Below are positions 1-10,113 of a stretch of 64,000 nucleotides of DNA, in pieces. Location of the stretch: the NCBI GenBank assembly GCA_963537515.1, contig CAUTEN010000002.1, positions 314-64,313 of the forward strand, in the 5' to 3' direction. The notes under the pieces are model-generated. The model was given only the letters and a program-made list of their open reading frames with translations. It had not been told where the DNA came from and ran no database searches. Position numbers and translations under genes: made by a program. Position 1 is the first letter of the stretch. Each line of letters starts with the position of its first letter. Source of the stretch: an uncultured Fusobacterium sp. Lineage in GTDB: Bacteria; Fusobacteriota; Fusobacteriia; Fusobacteriales; Fusobacteriaceae.

Positions 1-279
1 AAAATTTTTATAGGCTTTTTCTAAATTTAATTGTGCATTAGCAAGCGCTAAACTATCTACTTCTTTTAGATAAGGATATTCTTCTTTATATTTAGCAGGA
101 GTAGGATATTTAGTTTTAATTCCTGTTGATTTATATTCTTCATAAGCTTTCTTTCTATCATCTAACATAAGGTTATGAACTTTTCTAACACAACCAAAAG
201 ACTTAGCAAAAAAGCTAATTTGTTCTAAGGTAGGGTATATTCTGAATTTATATGCTCTTTTAATTATTTTGGTCTTCAT
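1..279 (-). CDS. tnpB: IS200/IS605-family RNA-guided endonuclease TnpB, N-terminal part (runs off window edge)
   Basis: Manual translation from ATG at 279 (RBS GGGAG upstream): MKTKIIKRAYKFRIYPTLEQISFFAKSFGCVRKVHN...YPYLKEVDSLALANAQLNLEKAYKNF, the typical TnpB N-terminal HTH_OrfB_IS605 region. Not in the ORF track because it is truncated by the window. Confidence 0.93.
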   Translation of the reverse strand, partial: MKTKIIKRAYKFRIYPTLEQISFFAKSFGCVRKVHNLMLDDRKKAYEEYKSTGIKTKYPTPAKYKEEYPYLKEVDSLALANAQLNLEKAYKNF

Positions 280-316
280 TATATCCACTCCCTTATTTTT
301 ATCTTTTATCATTTTT

Positions 317-345
317 AGTATACCATAATATTTAATAAAAAACAA
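317..345 (-). promoter_or_regulatory. putative sigma70 promoter for tnpB
   Basis: minus strand TTGTTT-17 bp-TATACT with extended -10 TG, about 38 nt upstream of the tnpB ATG. Confidence 0.55.
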
Positions 346-351
346 GAAAAA

Positions 352-393
352 AGCAATTCATCTCCCACTTATAGAAGTGGGAGATGAATTGCT
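352..393. repeat. perfect 19-bp inverted repeat (IS200/IS605-type end hairpin)
   Basis: AGCAATTCATCTCCCACTT-ATAG-AAGTGGGAGATGAATTGCT. Confidence 0.9.
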
Positions 394-446
394 AGATATT
401 GTTAAAATATTAGCAATCCCTTTAAAGTTTATCACATTATTAAATT

Positions 447-1466
447 TTATTTCTTCTTAGCATATTTTATAGAATCAAATGCAACGGCAGTAACAATTAT
501 TATACCTTTTATAATATATTGCCAGTATGGGCTTACACCTGTATAAGTAAGTCCATAGTTTATAATTGTTAAAATTATAACTCCTGTAATAACTCCTGAA
601 ATTCTACCAACACCACCATAGAATGAAACTCCTCCAATTACACAGGCAGCAATAGCATCCATTTCATACATAAATCCTAAGTTGTTAGTTGCAGAACCAA
701 TACGTCCAGCTTCTAAGAAACCACCAAAAGCATAATAAGCTCCAGATAGAGCATAAATTCCTATAAGAGTTAAAACAACATTTACTCCTGATACTTTTGC
801 AGCTTCTGGGTTTCCACCAACTGCAAATACATTTTTACCAAATTTTGTTTTATTCCATAGAACCCACATAATTAAAGTTGCAATAGCTGCATATATAATT
901 AAGTATGGTATTGTATATGAACCTATTTGTATATAACCTTGTGCAAATTTACTATATTTTTCTACAAATCCAGAAATTGGAGCAGCTCCTGCTTTATCAT
1001 AATAAAGAGAGTTTATTCCATATACAATAGTCATTGTTCCCATAGTAGCTATAAATGGGTGGACATTTAGAGTTGCTACAACTATACCATTTATACTAGC
1101 TATAACTATACCAACAACTATAACAATCAATATAGTTGTAAATATTGAAAATTCTCCTAATGTTGGGAAAGCTTTATTTACATTTGTCATTGATTGTAAA
1201 AGTGTTCCAGATATAACAGCAGAAAGTCCAACTTGTCTACCTGCTGATAAGTCAGTACCTTGTGTTACTATAAGTCCAGCAACACCAAGTGCAATAATTG
1301 TTCTTACAGATGATTGTGTAAGAATGTTTTTAAAGTTTCTTATACTTAAAAAAGTAGGTTCTTTTATTATTATTGCAATAAGCATACAAAATAATACAAG
1401 ATACAGTCCACTTTCTATAATAATTTTTTTATAATCTATTTTTCCTTCATTTGTTCTTGCAATCAT
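447..1466 (-). CDS. mglC: galactose/methyl-galactoside ABC transporter permease
   Basis: GTDLSAGRQVGL, FAVGGNPEAAKVSG EAA loop, GSATNNLGFMYEMDAIAAC; downstream of mglBA. Confidence 0.95.
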   Translation of the reverse strand: MIARTNEGKIDYKKIIIESGLYLVLFCMLIAIIIKEPTFLSIRNFKNILTQSSVRTIIALGVAGLIVTQGTDLSAGRQVGLSAVISGTLLQSMTNVNKAFPTLGEFSIFTTILIVIVVGIVIASINGIVVATLNVHPFIATMGTMTIVYGINSLYYDKAGAAPISGFVEKYSKFAQGYIQIGSYTIPYLIIYAAIATLIMWVLWNKTKFGKNVFAVGGNPEAAKVSGVNVVLTLIGIYALSGAYYAFGGFLEAGRIGSATNNLGFMYEMDAIAACVIGGVSFYGGVGRISGVITGVIILTIINYGLTYTGVSPYWQYIIKGIIIVTAVAFDSIKYAKKK

Positions 1467-1487
1467 TTTTATTCTCCTTCTTAATTT

Positions 1488-2990
1488 TTATAGATATTTA
1501 GCTGATAATTCCATTATTTCTTCTTGATTTGTTTCAGAAGTTTTTACAACTCCTGCAACTCTACCATTACTCATAACAAGTATTCTATCAGTTACTCCTA
1601 AAAGTTCAGGCATTTCAGAAGAAATCATTATAATTCCTTTATCTTTTTTAGCAAGGTCTATCATTAATTGATAAATTTCATATTTTGCTAAAACATCAAT
1701 ACCTCTAGTAGGTTCATCAAGCATAAGAACTTCTGGTTCAGTTAGTAGCCATCTTCCAATAATTACTTTTTGTTGATTTCCACCAGAAAGAGTTCCAATT
1801 TTTGTAGTGTGTGAAGGTGTTTTTACTCTCATACTATCCACTATCCATTGAGTGTCTTTCTCTATATCTTTATTTTTAAGAAGTCTAAATTTATTTTTAT
1901 ATCTATCTAAGTTAGAGATAACAGAGTTAAATGCTATATCCAACATTGAAAATATTCCTGTACTTCTACGTTCTTCTGTTACTAAGGCAAAACCATTTTT
2001 TATAGCTTCTTCTGGATTTCTATTTTTTACAGTTTTACCATTTAAAATAATTTCACCATGTTCTTTTGGTCTCATTCCAAAAATAGTTTCAACTATTTCT
2101 GTTCTTTTAGAGCCAACAAGTCCAGCTATTCCTAAAATTTCACCTTTATAAAGTTCAAAACTTACATCTTGTATAGAAGGTTGATTTAAAGCTGTTAGAT
2201 TTTTAACTTCTAATATCATTTCCTTAGCTATGTTATCTTTTTTAGGGAAACGTTCAGTTAAGTCTCTACCTACCATCATACTTATAATTTGTTCAGTTGA
2301 AATTTTTGAAACATCGTTAGTTGAGATCCATTTACCATCTCTTAAAATAGTAATTTCATCAGAAATCATTTTTATTTCTTCCATTTTATGGGAAATATAG
2401 ATAATTCCAACTCCACTTTCTTTTAATTTTTTAATGATTTTAAATAAGTGATCAACTTCTTTTTCAGTTAGTGAAGAAGTAGGCTCATCCATAACTATTA
2501 CTTTTGACTTATATGATACTGCTTTAGCTATTTCTATCATTTGTCTTTCAGCAATAGGTAGGTCTGCAACTTTTTTTCTAGGATCTACCTTAATATCTAA
2601 ATCCTTAAAGATATTAATAGTGTCATTATACATTTTCTTTTCATCTACAAAAAATCCCTTCATTGGATATCTACCAAGCCAAATATTATCAAGTACATTT
2701 CTTTGTAAAACTTGATTTAACTCTTGGTGAACCATAGAAACTCCATTTTCTAAGGCTTCTTTTGTAGATTTAAAATTAACTTCTACTCCATCTAATAAAA
2801 TCTTTCCACTATTCTTTTCATAAATTCCAAACAAACATTTCATTAATGTAGATTTTCCAGCTCCATTTTCTCCCATTAGAGCATGGACAGTTCCAGGTTT
2901 TAGTTTTAATTGAACATTATCTAGTGCTTTTACTCCAGGAAACTCTTTGGAAATATTTTCCATTTCTAATACATATTTTAGATTTTCCAT
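1488..2990 (-). CDS. mglA: galactose/methyl-galactoside ABC transporter ATP-binding protein
   Basis: two ABC domains; [25 protein letters not shown]. Confidence 0.95.
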   Translation of the reverse strand: MENLKYVLEMENISKEFPGVKALDNVQLKLKPGTVHALMGENGAGKSTLMKCLFGIYEKNSGKILLDGVEVNFKSTKEALENGVSMVHQELNQVLQRNVLDNIWLGRYPMKGFFVDEKKMYNDTINIFKDLDIKVDPRKKVADLPIAERQMIEIAKAVSYKSKVIVMDEPTSSLTEKEVDHLFKIIKKLKESGVGIIYISHKMEEIKMISDEITILRDGKWISTNDVSKISTEQIISMMVGRDLTERFPKKDNIAKEMILEVKNLTALNQPSIQDVSFELYKGEILGIAGLVGSKRTEIVETIFGMRPKEHGEIILNGKTVKNRNPEEAIKNGFALVTEERRSTGIFSMLDIAFNSVISNLDRYKNKFRLLKNKDIEKDTQWIVDSMRVKTPSHTTKIGTLSGGNQQKVIIGRWLLTEPEVLMLDEPTRGIDVLAKYEIYQLMIDLAKKDKGIIMISSEMPELLGVTDRILVMSNGRVAGVVKTSETNQEEIMELSAKYL

Positions 2991-3032
2991 AAATACCCTA
3001 TTCCTTTTCCTTTATTTTCCATTTTTTTAAAA

Positions 3033-3059
3033 AAAGGAGATTGATGTACAATCTCCTTT
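3033..3059 (-). terminator. intra-operon hairpin/terminator after mglB
   Basis: AAAGGAGATTG-ATGTA-CAATCTCCTTT with a U-run on the minus strand. Confidence 0.7.
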
Positions 3060-3081
3060 AAGATTACTATACAATTAATTC

Positions 3082-4107
3082 TTATTTGAAGTCTGCAACA
3101 TTAGATTTATCTATTCCAATACTAGGAATTAATATTATTTTATTATCTAATTTTAAATCAGTTCCTTCAGTAGGTTCTTTTCCTTGTGCTAAATTAACTA
3201 CCATATTGAATGTTGCACTTGCTTGTCCTTTTGCATCGTTAAGAACAGTTCCTGCCATTTCTCCAGCTTCTATTTTAACTAGAGCTTCTGGTAATGCGTC
3301 AACACCAAATGTTGGTAAAATTTTTCCAGCAGCTTTCATTGATTCGATAGCTCCTAATGCCATTCCATCATTATTACAAATAACTACTTCTATTTTTGAA
3401 CCATTAGGTCCTGATAACCAAGCATCCATTTTATCTTTTGCAGTAGCAGTATCCCACATAGCAGTATCTTGGTGTAATTCTTCAGTTTTAATTCCATGAT
3501 CATTTAAAGTAGAGATAGAATATTTAGTTCTTGCAACTGCATCTGGGTGTCCAGGTTCTCCAGTTAACATTACATATTGAATAACTCCATCTTTATTTAA
3601 GTCAAGATCAGGATTTTCTTTCCATAATTTTTCAATTAATTCACCTTGTGCAATTCCTTGTGCATTAGGATCAATCCCTACATAGTATAATTTGTCATAA
3701 GAAGCTATTGCTTCATCAGAAGGTTTTCTGTTATAAAATACAACTGGAATATTTTTTTCTTTTAATAAATTAATAATTCCATCCGCTGCAGATGCATCAA
3801 CTAAGTTTATAGCAAAAGCTTTAACTCCCTTTTCAAGAACTGCTTCTATTTGTTCTTTTTCAGTAGCAACACTGTTTTGAGAGTCAATAGCAGTTACTTC
3901 AACTGTATCAGCTTTAGCTGCTGCTTCAGCTTCAAATGCTTTTCTGAATAAAGCTATAAAGTTATCATCAAATTTATAAGCAGTTAAACCTATTGATAAT
4001 TTTTCTGCTGCAGGAGCATCAGTTTTAGCTTCTTCCTTTTTTTCTCCGCAAGCAACTAGTGCAGATGCTAGAATAATTGAACCCAATAACATACCAAATT
4101 TTTTCAT
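3082..4107 (-). CDS. mglB: D-galactose/glucose-binding lipoprotein
   Basis: lipobox LVAC; YKFDDNF, GEPGHPDA, WD, NNDGMALGA motifs of GGBP. Confidence 0.95.
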   Translation of the reverse strand: MKKFGMLLGSIILASALVACGEKKEEAKTDAPAAEKLSIGLTAYKFDDNFIALFRKAFEAEAAAKADTVEVTAIDSQNSVATEKEQIEAVLEKGVKAFAINLVDASAADGIINLLKEKNIPVVFYNRKPSDEAIASYDKLYYVGIDPNAQGIAQGELIEKLWKENPDLDLNKDGVIQYVMLTGEPGHPDAVARTKYSISTLNDHGIKTEELHQDTAMWDTATAKDKMDAWLSGPNGSKIEVVICNNDGMALGAIESMKAAGKILPTFGVDALPEALVKIEAGEMAGTVLNDAKGQASATFNMVVNLAQGKEPTEGTDLKLDNKIILIPSIGIDKSNVADFK

Positions 4108-4294
4108 ATAAATACCCTCCTAAATAATTTAATAAAATAATGATTTTTTATGTATTTTCATACATAACACAATATATAATTTTTTGTGGTCTTTTGTCAA
4201 TAGATTTTTATTAAAAATAAATAAATTTTCCACAATTTAGAAAAAATGTATTTTTACAAGACAAAAAATTTTAGCTATCTAACTTAGTTAATAT

Positions 4295-5242
4295 CTAAAT
4301 AAAAAGTGCCACAGCTCCTTTTATACCTGCTTCATTACCTAAAACACCCACTTTTATTTCTAAATTTTCAAGTGCAGGAGGCATAGTATATTTTTTTAAT
4401 TTCTCTTTTACTGGAAGTAAAATTTCATCTCCTGCAAGAGAAATACCTCCACTTATTACTATACATTCAGGATTTATTATATTTAAAAGATTTCCTATAC
4501 CTAAGGCTAAATAATCACTTTCATATTCTATTAAATCTTTTGAAAACTCATCACCTTTTCTAGCAGTATCAAAAATATTTTTTGCCTCAAGTTCATCTAA
4601 ATTTCCATTGATTTCTTTAAAAAGTAAATTATCTTCATTTAATTTTAATCTTTCTTTAGCTTCTTTTACAAGAGAACTGGCTGAGGCATAAGCTTCAAAA
4701 CAACCATTTTGTCCACAGCCACAAGTTTTACCATCTTTAACCACTTTCATATGTCCAATTTCACCACCAACACCAGACATACCAGAAATAAGATTTCCAT
4801 TATAAAAAATACCACCACCTATTCCTGTTCCTATTGCAATAGTTATTGAAGATTTTTTTCCTTTTGCAGCTCCAAAGATAGCTTCACCTTGTGCAATAAT
4901 ATTAACATCATTTTCCACTCTAGTTTCTATTCCACTTAGATTTTCCATTTTTTCTTTTAAATTTAAATTTCTTTCCCAGTCAAAATTTGCAAAGAAACCT
5001 ACAGTACTTTGGTTTTTTACAGGTCCTGGAATACCTATACCTATTCCTACAACCGAAAAAAGTGGAATTTCTTTTTCAGAAACTAATTTTTTTGCAGTTT
5101 CCCATATTCTTTCCAATGTCTTATCAACATTTTGATGAGAGTGAGTTTTAATAATTTTGCTATTTATTAAATTTCCCTCTGAATCAACTATTCCTATTTT
5201 TGTGTTAGTTCCACCTAAATCAATACCAATATAATGTTTCAT
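4295..5242 (-). CDS. ROK-family sugar kinase (glucokinase)
   Basis: GIDLGGT, END, GTGIGGG, EIGH...CGCGQNGCFE zinc motif. Confidence 0.9.
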   Translation of the reverse strand: MKHYIGIDLGGTNTKIGIVDSEGNLINSKIIKTHSHQNVDKTLERIWETAKKLVSEKEIPLFSVVGIGIGIPGPVKNQSTVGFFANFDWERNLNLKEKMENLSGIETRVENDVNIIAQGEAIFGAAKGKKSSITIAIGTGIGGGIFYNGNLISGMSGVGGEIGHMKVVKDGKTCGCGQNGCFEAYASASSLVKEAKERLKLNEDNLLFKEINGNLDELEAKNIFDTARKGDEFSKDLIEYESDYLALGIGNLLNIINPECIVISGGISLAGDEILLPVKEKLKKYTMPPALENLEIKVGVLGNEAGIKGAVALFI

Positions 5243-5262
5243 ATTTTCTCCTCATATAAAAT

Positions 5263-6405
5263 TTATTTATTTTCTATGTTTTCCCACCATTTTGTAAAAG
5301 AATTCTCTTTATGTAGATAAATCTTTTCACCTATCATAGGTGTAAGTAATTTTATATTTGTATTTTCTGTTAATTTATCTAATCTTTTTAAAGGGTCATC
5401 CCAAGTATGATTAGATAGTTTAAACTTGCTATTATGTATTGGAAGTAAATTTTTTACTTCCATATCTTGTGATGCCATTAGGACATCTTCTGGTTTTGAA
5501 TGAATTAAAGACCACTCTTGATTATATTGACCGCTCTCCATTGCAGCAAAGTCAATATTCTCAAATCTTTCTTTAAATTCTTTAAATCTTTCACTATATC
5601 CACCATCTCCACTTAAGAATAATTTATAGTTTTTATTACTAATTTTTTCTTCTATTAAATATGAAACCCATAGACTTTGATTTCTATTAAAAAAACTTCT
5701 TCCTGAAAAATGTCTTGCCTCTAAAGCATAAATTTTTAAATTATCATCTATAATAACTTCATCATCCCAGTCAACTGTTGTAATCTTATCTTCATCATAG
5801 CCCCATCTTAAAAGATGTGCATCTACTCCTAATGGTACTATTATTTTATTAACTTTATCCTTTAATTTTTTTATAGTAGGATAATCTAAATGATCATAGT
5901 GATCATGTGTTATAAGGAGAATATCTATTTCAGGTAAATCATCTACATCATAGATATTTGTTCCATCAAAAGCCTTATTAGTAAATGGAACAGGGGAAGC
6001 ATATTTTGAAAAAACAGGGTCAACTAAGATTTTCTTTCCAGATATTTGTATAAAAAGAGAAGAATGTCCAAACCATATCATTACATCTTCACTAGGGTCT
6101 AAGTTTTTTAAATCAGTTTTAATACTTGGTAGGTCAAAATCTGGAACTGTTCCTTCTGGATCTTTTTCAAATGCAAATTCTAAAAGTCTTTTTATTGGAG
6201 TTTTTTTAGTATCTGTTAATAATTCTGTACTTTCTTTATTTTTAAATTCTCCATCTATATAGTTTTTAGAGTTTTTTACTTTCTCTAAACTTTTTCCACT
6301 TGGTAAGGAACCAAAAGCAGGAGTTTTCATAAATAAATATGTAGCAATCATTAATATAATAAATATTATCATTAAGTAAAATAATATTTTAAATAACTTT
6401 TTCAA
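5263..6405 (-). CDS. MBL-fold metallohydrolase (RomA/NAPE-PLD-like), N-terminal membrane anchor
   Basis: WFGHSS, THDHYDHLD, ARHFSGR, SGDGGY, PIH motifs. Confidence 0.85.
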   Translation of the reverse strand: MKKLFKILFYLMIIFIILMIATYLFMKTPAFGSLPSGKSLEKVKNSKNYIDGEFKNKESTELLTDTKKTPIKRLLEFAFEKDPEGTVPDFDLPSIKTDLKNLDPSEDVMIWFGHSSLFIQISGKKILVDPVFSKYASPVPFTNKAFDGTNIYDVDDLPEIDILLITHDHYDHLDYPTIKKLKDKVNKIIVPLGVDAHLLRWGYDEDKITTVDWDDEVIIDDNLKIYALEARHFSGRSFFNRNQSLWVSYLIEEKISNKNYKLFLSGDGGYSERFKEFKERFENIDFAAMESGQYNQEWSLIHSKPEDVLMASQDMEVKNLLPIHNSKFKLSNHTWDDPLKRLDKLTENTNIKLLTPMIGEKIYLHKENSFTKWWENIENK

Positions 6406-6415
6406 AATTTACTCC

Positions 6416-7339
6416 TTATTTCTTTTTACTTTTTAAAATTTCTTTTAAAATGAATGTTGTTGCTATAACACCATCATTAGTAGCAGTCGCAATTTGTCTT
6501 ACATCTTTTTCTCTTATATCTCCAATAGCATACATTTTATCAGTTCTTGTTTTCATAGTTTCATCAGTTATTATGTAACCTGTTTCACTTAAACTAACAA
6601 ATTCTCCATATAATTCAAGATTATTTTTTGTACCTAAATATAGGAAAACAAAATCTGTTGCTACTGTTTCTTTATTTCCATCTACTTCTAAATCTAATCC
6701 TGTTACAAATTCTTCACCTTTTATTTCTAAAAGTTTAACTTTCTTTGTAATTTTCACATTTTCTTTTGATAAAATAGCTTCTTTTAATTCTTCATTACAA
6801 TCTAAGTCATCAGAAGTTAAAAAAACATTAACTTCTTTTGCATATCTTGTTAAAAATAGAGATTCTTCAATAAGTTCATCACCTTTTCCAACTAATGAAA
6901 CAACTCTACCTTTTGTAAAAGCTCCATCACAAGTTGCACAATAAGAAACACCAGCTCCTAAAAACTTGTTTTCTCCTTTTATCTTCTTAGCTCCAATTTT
7001 TCCTAACCCAGTTGCTATTATGATATATTTTGTTTTAAAATTTCCAGCATCTGTTTTTACGATCTTTATTTCATCATAAGGATCAAAACCTAAAACTGTT
7101 GCAGGTTTTATTTCACAACCAAAATCTAAGGCCTGTTTTTTCATTGTATCATAAATTTCTTTTCCAGAAGCTCCAATATGAGAACCAGGATAGTTATCTA
7201 TTTGATGAGTCATTATCATACTTCCTATTCCTTCTTTTTCTAAAATAAGAGTTGACAAATTTCCTCTCCCTGCATATATTCCTGCTGTTAGTCCAGCAGG
7301 ACCAGCACCAACTATTACAACATCATATATTTTTTCCAT
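6416..7339 (-). CDS. trxB: thioredoxin reductase-like flavoprotein (atypical NADPH site)
   Basis: GAGPAG, NYPG, GVSYCATCDG redox motif, GDIR; start at 7339 preferred by RBS spacing (ORF track start 7348). Confidence 0.85.
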   Translation of the reverse strand: MEKIYDVVIVGAGPAGLTAGIYAGRGNLSTLILEKEGIGSMIMTHQIDNYPGSHIGASGKEIYDTMKKQALDFGCEIKPATVLGFDPYDEIKIVKTDAGNFKTKYIIIATGLGKIGAKKIKGENKFLGAGVSYCATCDGAFTKGRVVSLVGKGDELIEESLFLTRYAKEVNVFLTSDDLDCNEELKEAILSKENVKITKKVKLLEIKGEEFVTGLDLEVDGNKETVATDFVFLYLGTKNNLELYGEFVSLSETGYIITDETMKTRTDKMYAIGDIREKDVRQIATATNDGVIATTFILKEILKSKKK

Positions 7340-7360
7340 TGCTACCATCTCCTTAATTTT

Positions 7361-7984
7361 TTAAAGTATTCCAACCCTTGATAAAAATAATTTTTCTTCT
7401 CCAATAGTTGTATTATCTGTATGTCCATTATAGACAACAGTATCACTTGGTAATTTTGATAATTTTTCTAAACTATGACATAACATTTCTAAATCTCCAG
7501 TAGGTAAGTCATATCTACCATAACTTCTTCTAAATAATGTATCTCCTGATATTAAAATTTTATCTTTTTCATAATAAAAACTTTTAGAACCAATAGTATG
7601 TCCAGGAGTATCTATAACTTTAAAATCTCCCACCATATCACCTTCTTTTACTGTATGAATTTCTCCTTTAAATCTAAAAAATTCTCCAAAAATTCTGTCT
7701 GACAAACTAAGTTCTGAGTTATATAAAAAATCTTTTTCTTCTTCACCAATGTATACTTTTGCTTCTGGATAATGAGAAGCTAAGTCATTTAAACCTTCAA
7801 TATGATCTCCATGTCCATGTGTCAATACTATATATTTTAAATTTAAATTATGTTCACTAATAAAATTGTAAACTTTATCTAAATTTCTACCTCCACAATC
7901 AAAAAAATAAGCTATATTATTTTCATCATAAGCTAAGAAACAATTTGTCCCATAAGCTCCTAAATGAAAGCATTTTACTCTCAA
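7361..7984 (-). CDS. MBL-fold hydrolase (glyoxalase II/GloC-like)
   Basis: THGHGDH, TPGHT, SGDTLF, GH; TTG start with AGGAG RBS. Confidence 0.88.
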   Translation of the reverse strand: MRVKCFHLGAYGTNCFLAYDENNIAYFFDCGGRNLDKVYNFISEHNLNLKYIVLTHGHGDHIEGLNDLASHYPEAKVYIGEEEKDFLYNSELSLSDRIFGEFFRFKGEIHTVKEGDMVGDFKVIDTPGHTIGSKSFYYEKDKILISGDTLFRRSYGRYDLPTGDLEMLCHSLEKLSKLPSDTVVYNGHTDNTTIGEEKLFLSRVGIL

Positions 7985-8099
7985 TGTTCTTCTCCTTTCA
8001 AATATTTATATTAAACCTAATACATTATAACAAATTGAACTAAAATAGTCTACCTTTGAGATTTATATTTTTAGTAAACAATTTTAAATCATATAAAAA

Positions 8100-8138
8100 G
8101 AGAATTCTTTTAGAAATTTCTATTCTAAAAAAATTCTC
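8100..8138 (-). terminator. putative terminator after murI
   Basis: 16-bp arms with one mismatch, GAGAATTCTTTTAGAA / TTCTAAAAAAATTCTC; U-run on minus strand. Confidence 0.55.
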
Positions 8139-8147
8139 CAAATTATT

Positions 8148-8942
8148 TTATTTTGGTATTCTATAAATTTCTATTTCTTTCCCTAAAAATTTTTCAGCTG
8201 TTGGTTTAAAATGATATGTTTCTCCAGTAACAAAAAATATAACTCTTCCTTTTTCCTTTTTTTCATTTAAAAGATTAAGTGCAGTCAAAGTTTGAGTGGC
8301 TCTTTCAACTATTTCTACTGCTGGATCAACTACCTTAATTTTTATATTTTTCTCAATGTCTTTTCTTATAAGTGGATAATGGGTACAGCCTAATACTAAA
8401 GTATCAGTATTCTTAGGAATTTCTGATAAATACTTATTTAGAAGTTCCTTTCTGTTATCAAAAGTATCCCAACCACTTTCTATCATTTGAGCAAACTCAA
8501 TACAAGCAATTTCTTTTACATTTAACTCACTATCAAGCATTTTAGCCTTATTTTTATAGCCATGAGATTCAGCTGTAAATTTAGTTGAAATTACTGCAAT
8601 ATTTTTATTTTTAGTAGTTTTACTTGCTACCTTTATTCCTGCTTCTACAATTCCAATTATAGGTAATGAAAACTTTTCTCTTAAATAATCAATAGCAGCA
8701 GTTGAAGCAGTATTACAAGCTACTATTACTAATTTACAATTATTTTTCACAAAAAAATCTAAAATTCTTTCAGTTAATTTTTGGAGTTCATTTTTAGTTT
8801 TTCCAGAACCATAAGGAAAATTTCCATTATCTCCATAATATATATAGTCCTCATTAGGAAGAGATTTTATCATTTCTTTTAGTACAGTTGTTCCTCCTAA
8901 ACCAGAATCAAATATACCTATTTTTTGAGTTTTTTCTGCCAT
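8148..8942 (-). CDS. murI: glutamate racemase
   Basis: FDSGLGG, PYG, ACNTAS, LGCTHYP. Confidence 0.97.
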   Translation of the reverse strand: MAEKTQKIGIFDSGLGGTTVLKEMIKSLPNEDYIYYGDNGNFPYGSGKTKNELQKLTERILDFFVKNNCKLVIVACNTASTAAIDYLREKFSLPIIGIVEAGIKVASKTTKNKNIAVISTKFTAESHGYKNKAKMLDSELNVKEIACIEFAQMIESGWDTFDNRKELLNKYLSEIPKNTDTLVLGCTHYPLIRKDIEKNIKIKVVDPAVEIVERATQTLTALNLLNEKKEKGRVIFFVTGETYHFKPTAEKFLGKEIEIYRIPK

Positions 8943-9032
8943 TTCTTTTCCTTCTTTTTATAGATTATAATAAGTACTTTTTAATAATATCATATTTTTT
9001 TGATAATATCAATTTATCAATAAAAAATAAAA

Positions 9033-9057
9033 GAGCTATTACAATATGCAACAGCTC
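9033..9057 (-). terminator. hairpin downstream of glpX
   Basis: minus strand GAGCTGTTGCA-TAT-TGTAATAGCTC (with G-U pairs) followed by TTTTATTTTT. Confidence 0.65.
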
Positions 9058-9072
9058 ATTTCAATTTCTATA

Positions 9073-10113
9073 TTACTTTACTAAGTGAGTGATTTTTTCA
9101 TCTTTAAAATCTAAATTATGTATAGAATTTATATATCTAACTGTTTTTGATAAACCTCTGACAACAAGAGTTTGAGTTCTAGCAATATTTCCTTTTCTTT
9201 TTACACCTTCTAACAAATCTCCACCTGTGATACCAGTAGCAGAGAAAATTATTTCATCATCTTTTGCTAAATCTTCAAGTTTTAAAATTTCTCCAACTTT
9301 TAATCCTTGTTCTTCACATCTTAATTTTTCAAATTTTGATATTTTATCATTTTCAAGAGAAGCACCTTTTACTTCACTTCTAAGTTTTAATCTAGCCTGC
9401 ATATCTCCACCTAATGCTCTTATAACAGCAGCAGAAATAACTCCTTCTGGAGCCCCACCAACACCATAAAGCATATCTACATCTGAATCTATCATACAAG
9501 TAAGTATTGAACCAGCAACATCTCCATCAGGTAGAGCATAAACTTTTATTCCCATATCTTGTAAATCTTTAATCAATTCTTTATGCCTTGGTTTATCTAA
9601 AATAACTATCATTAAATCTTTTAATTCTTTATTTAATGCTTTTGCAACGGCATGAATATTATCTTCAAGAGGTTTTGATAAATCTATTTTTCCTTTTGCT
9701 TCTGGTCCAACAATTAATTTTTCCATATACATATCAGGAGCTTTTAAGAAACTTCCTTTTTTTCCAACAGCTAAAACAGTTATAGCGTTTGGTTGTCCTT
9801 GGGCAGTCATTCTAGTTCCTTCAACAGGATCTACAGCAATATCAACAGGGTCAACATAAGTAACAGAATCTTTTTCTTCTTCATTATATATTTGTCCAAC
9901 TTTTTCTCCTATATACAACATAGGAGCTTCATCAATTTCTCCTTCTCCTATTACTATCTCTCCATCAATTGCAAGTCTATTAAGCATAGTTCTCATTGCA
10001 TCTACTCCGGCTTGGTCAGCTGACTCTTTTTTTCCTCTACCAACCCATTTATGGGCAGCAAGTGCTGCTGCTTCTGTAACTCTTGCAAATTCTAAAGCTA
10101 GTTCTCTTTTCAT
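9073..10113 (-). CDS. glpX: class II fructose-1,6-bisphosphatase
   Basis: RVTEAAA, IGEGEIDEAPML, DIAVDPVEGT, DGDV, GGAPEGV. Confidence 0.97.
   Translation of the reverse strand: MKRELALEFARVTEAAALAAHKWVGRGKKESADQAGVDAMRTMLNRLAIDGEIVIGEGEIDEAPMLYIGEKVGQIYNEEEKDSVTYVDPVDIAVDPVEGTRMTAQGQPNAITVLAVGKKGSFLKAPDMYMEKLIVGPEAKGKIDLSKPLEDNIHAVAKALNKELKDLMIVILDKPRHKELIKDLQDMGIKVYALPDGDVAGSILTCMIDSDVDMLYGVGGAPEGVISAAVIRALGGDMQARLKLRSEVKGASLENDKISKFEKLRCEEQGLKVGEILKLEDLAKDDEIIFSATGITGGDLLEGVKRKGNIARTQTLVVRGLSKTVRYINSIHNLDFKDEKITHLVK

Larger units (their letters stand above)
1..393 (-). mobile_element. IS200/IS605-family (IS1341-like, tnpB-only) element, upstream end; boundary approximate
   Basis: tnpB 5' end plus subterminal hairpin with core CTCCCACTT-CTAT-AAGTGGGAG; no room for tnpA between the hairpin and tnpB. 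Confidence 0.7.

Noticed and set aside
1..30. Suspected frameshift in tnpB at A-runs
   Set aside because: Recounting gives in-frame LNLEKAYKNF
1852..3499. Plus-strand ORFs 1852-2151 and 3086-3499
   Set aside because: Antisense shadows of mglA and mglB; no recognisable motifs
8888..10023. Plus-strand ORFs 8888-9088, 9227-9469 and 9793-10023
   Set aside because: Antisense to murI/glpX, with composition typical of shadow frames
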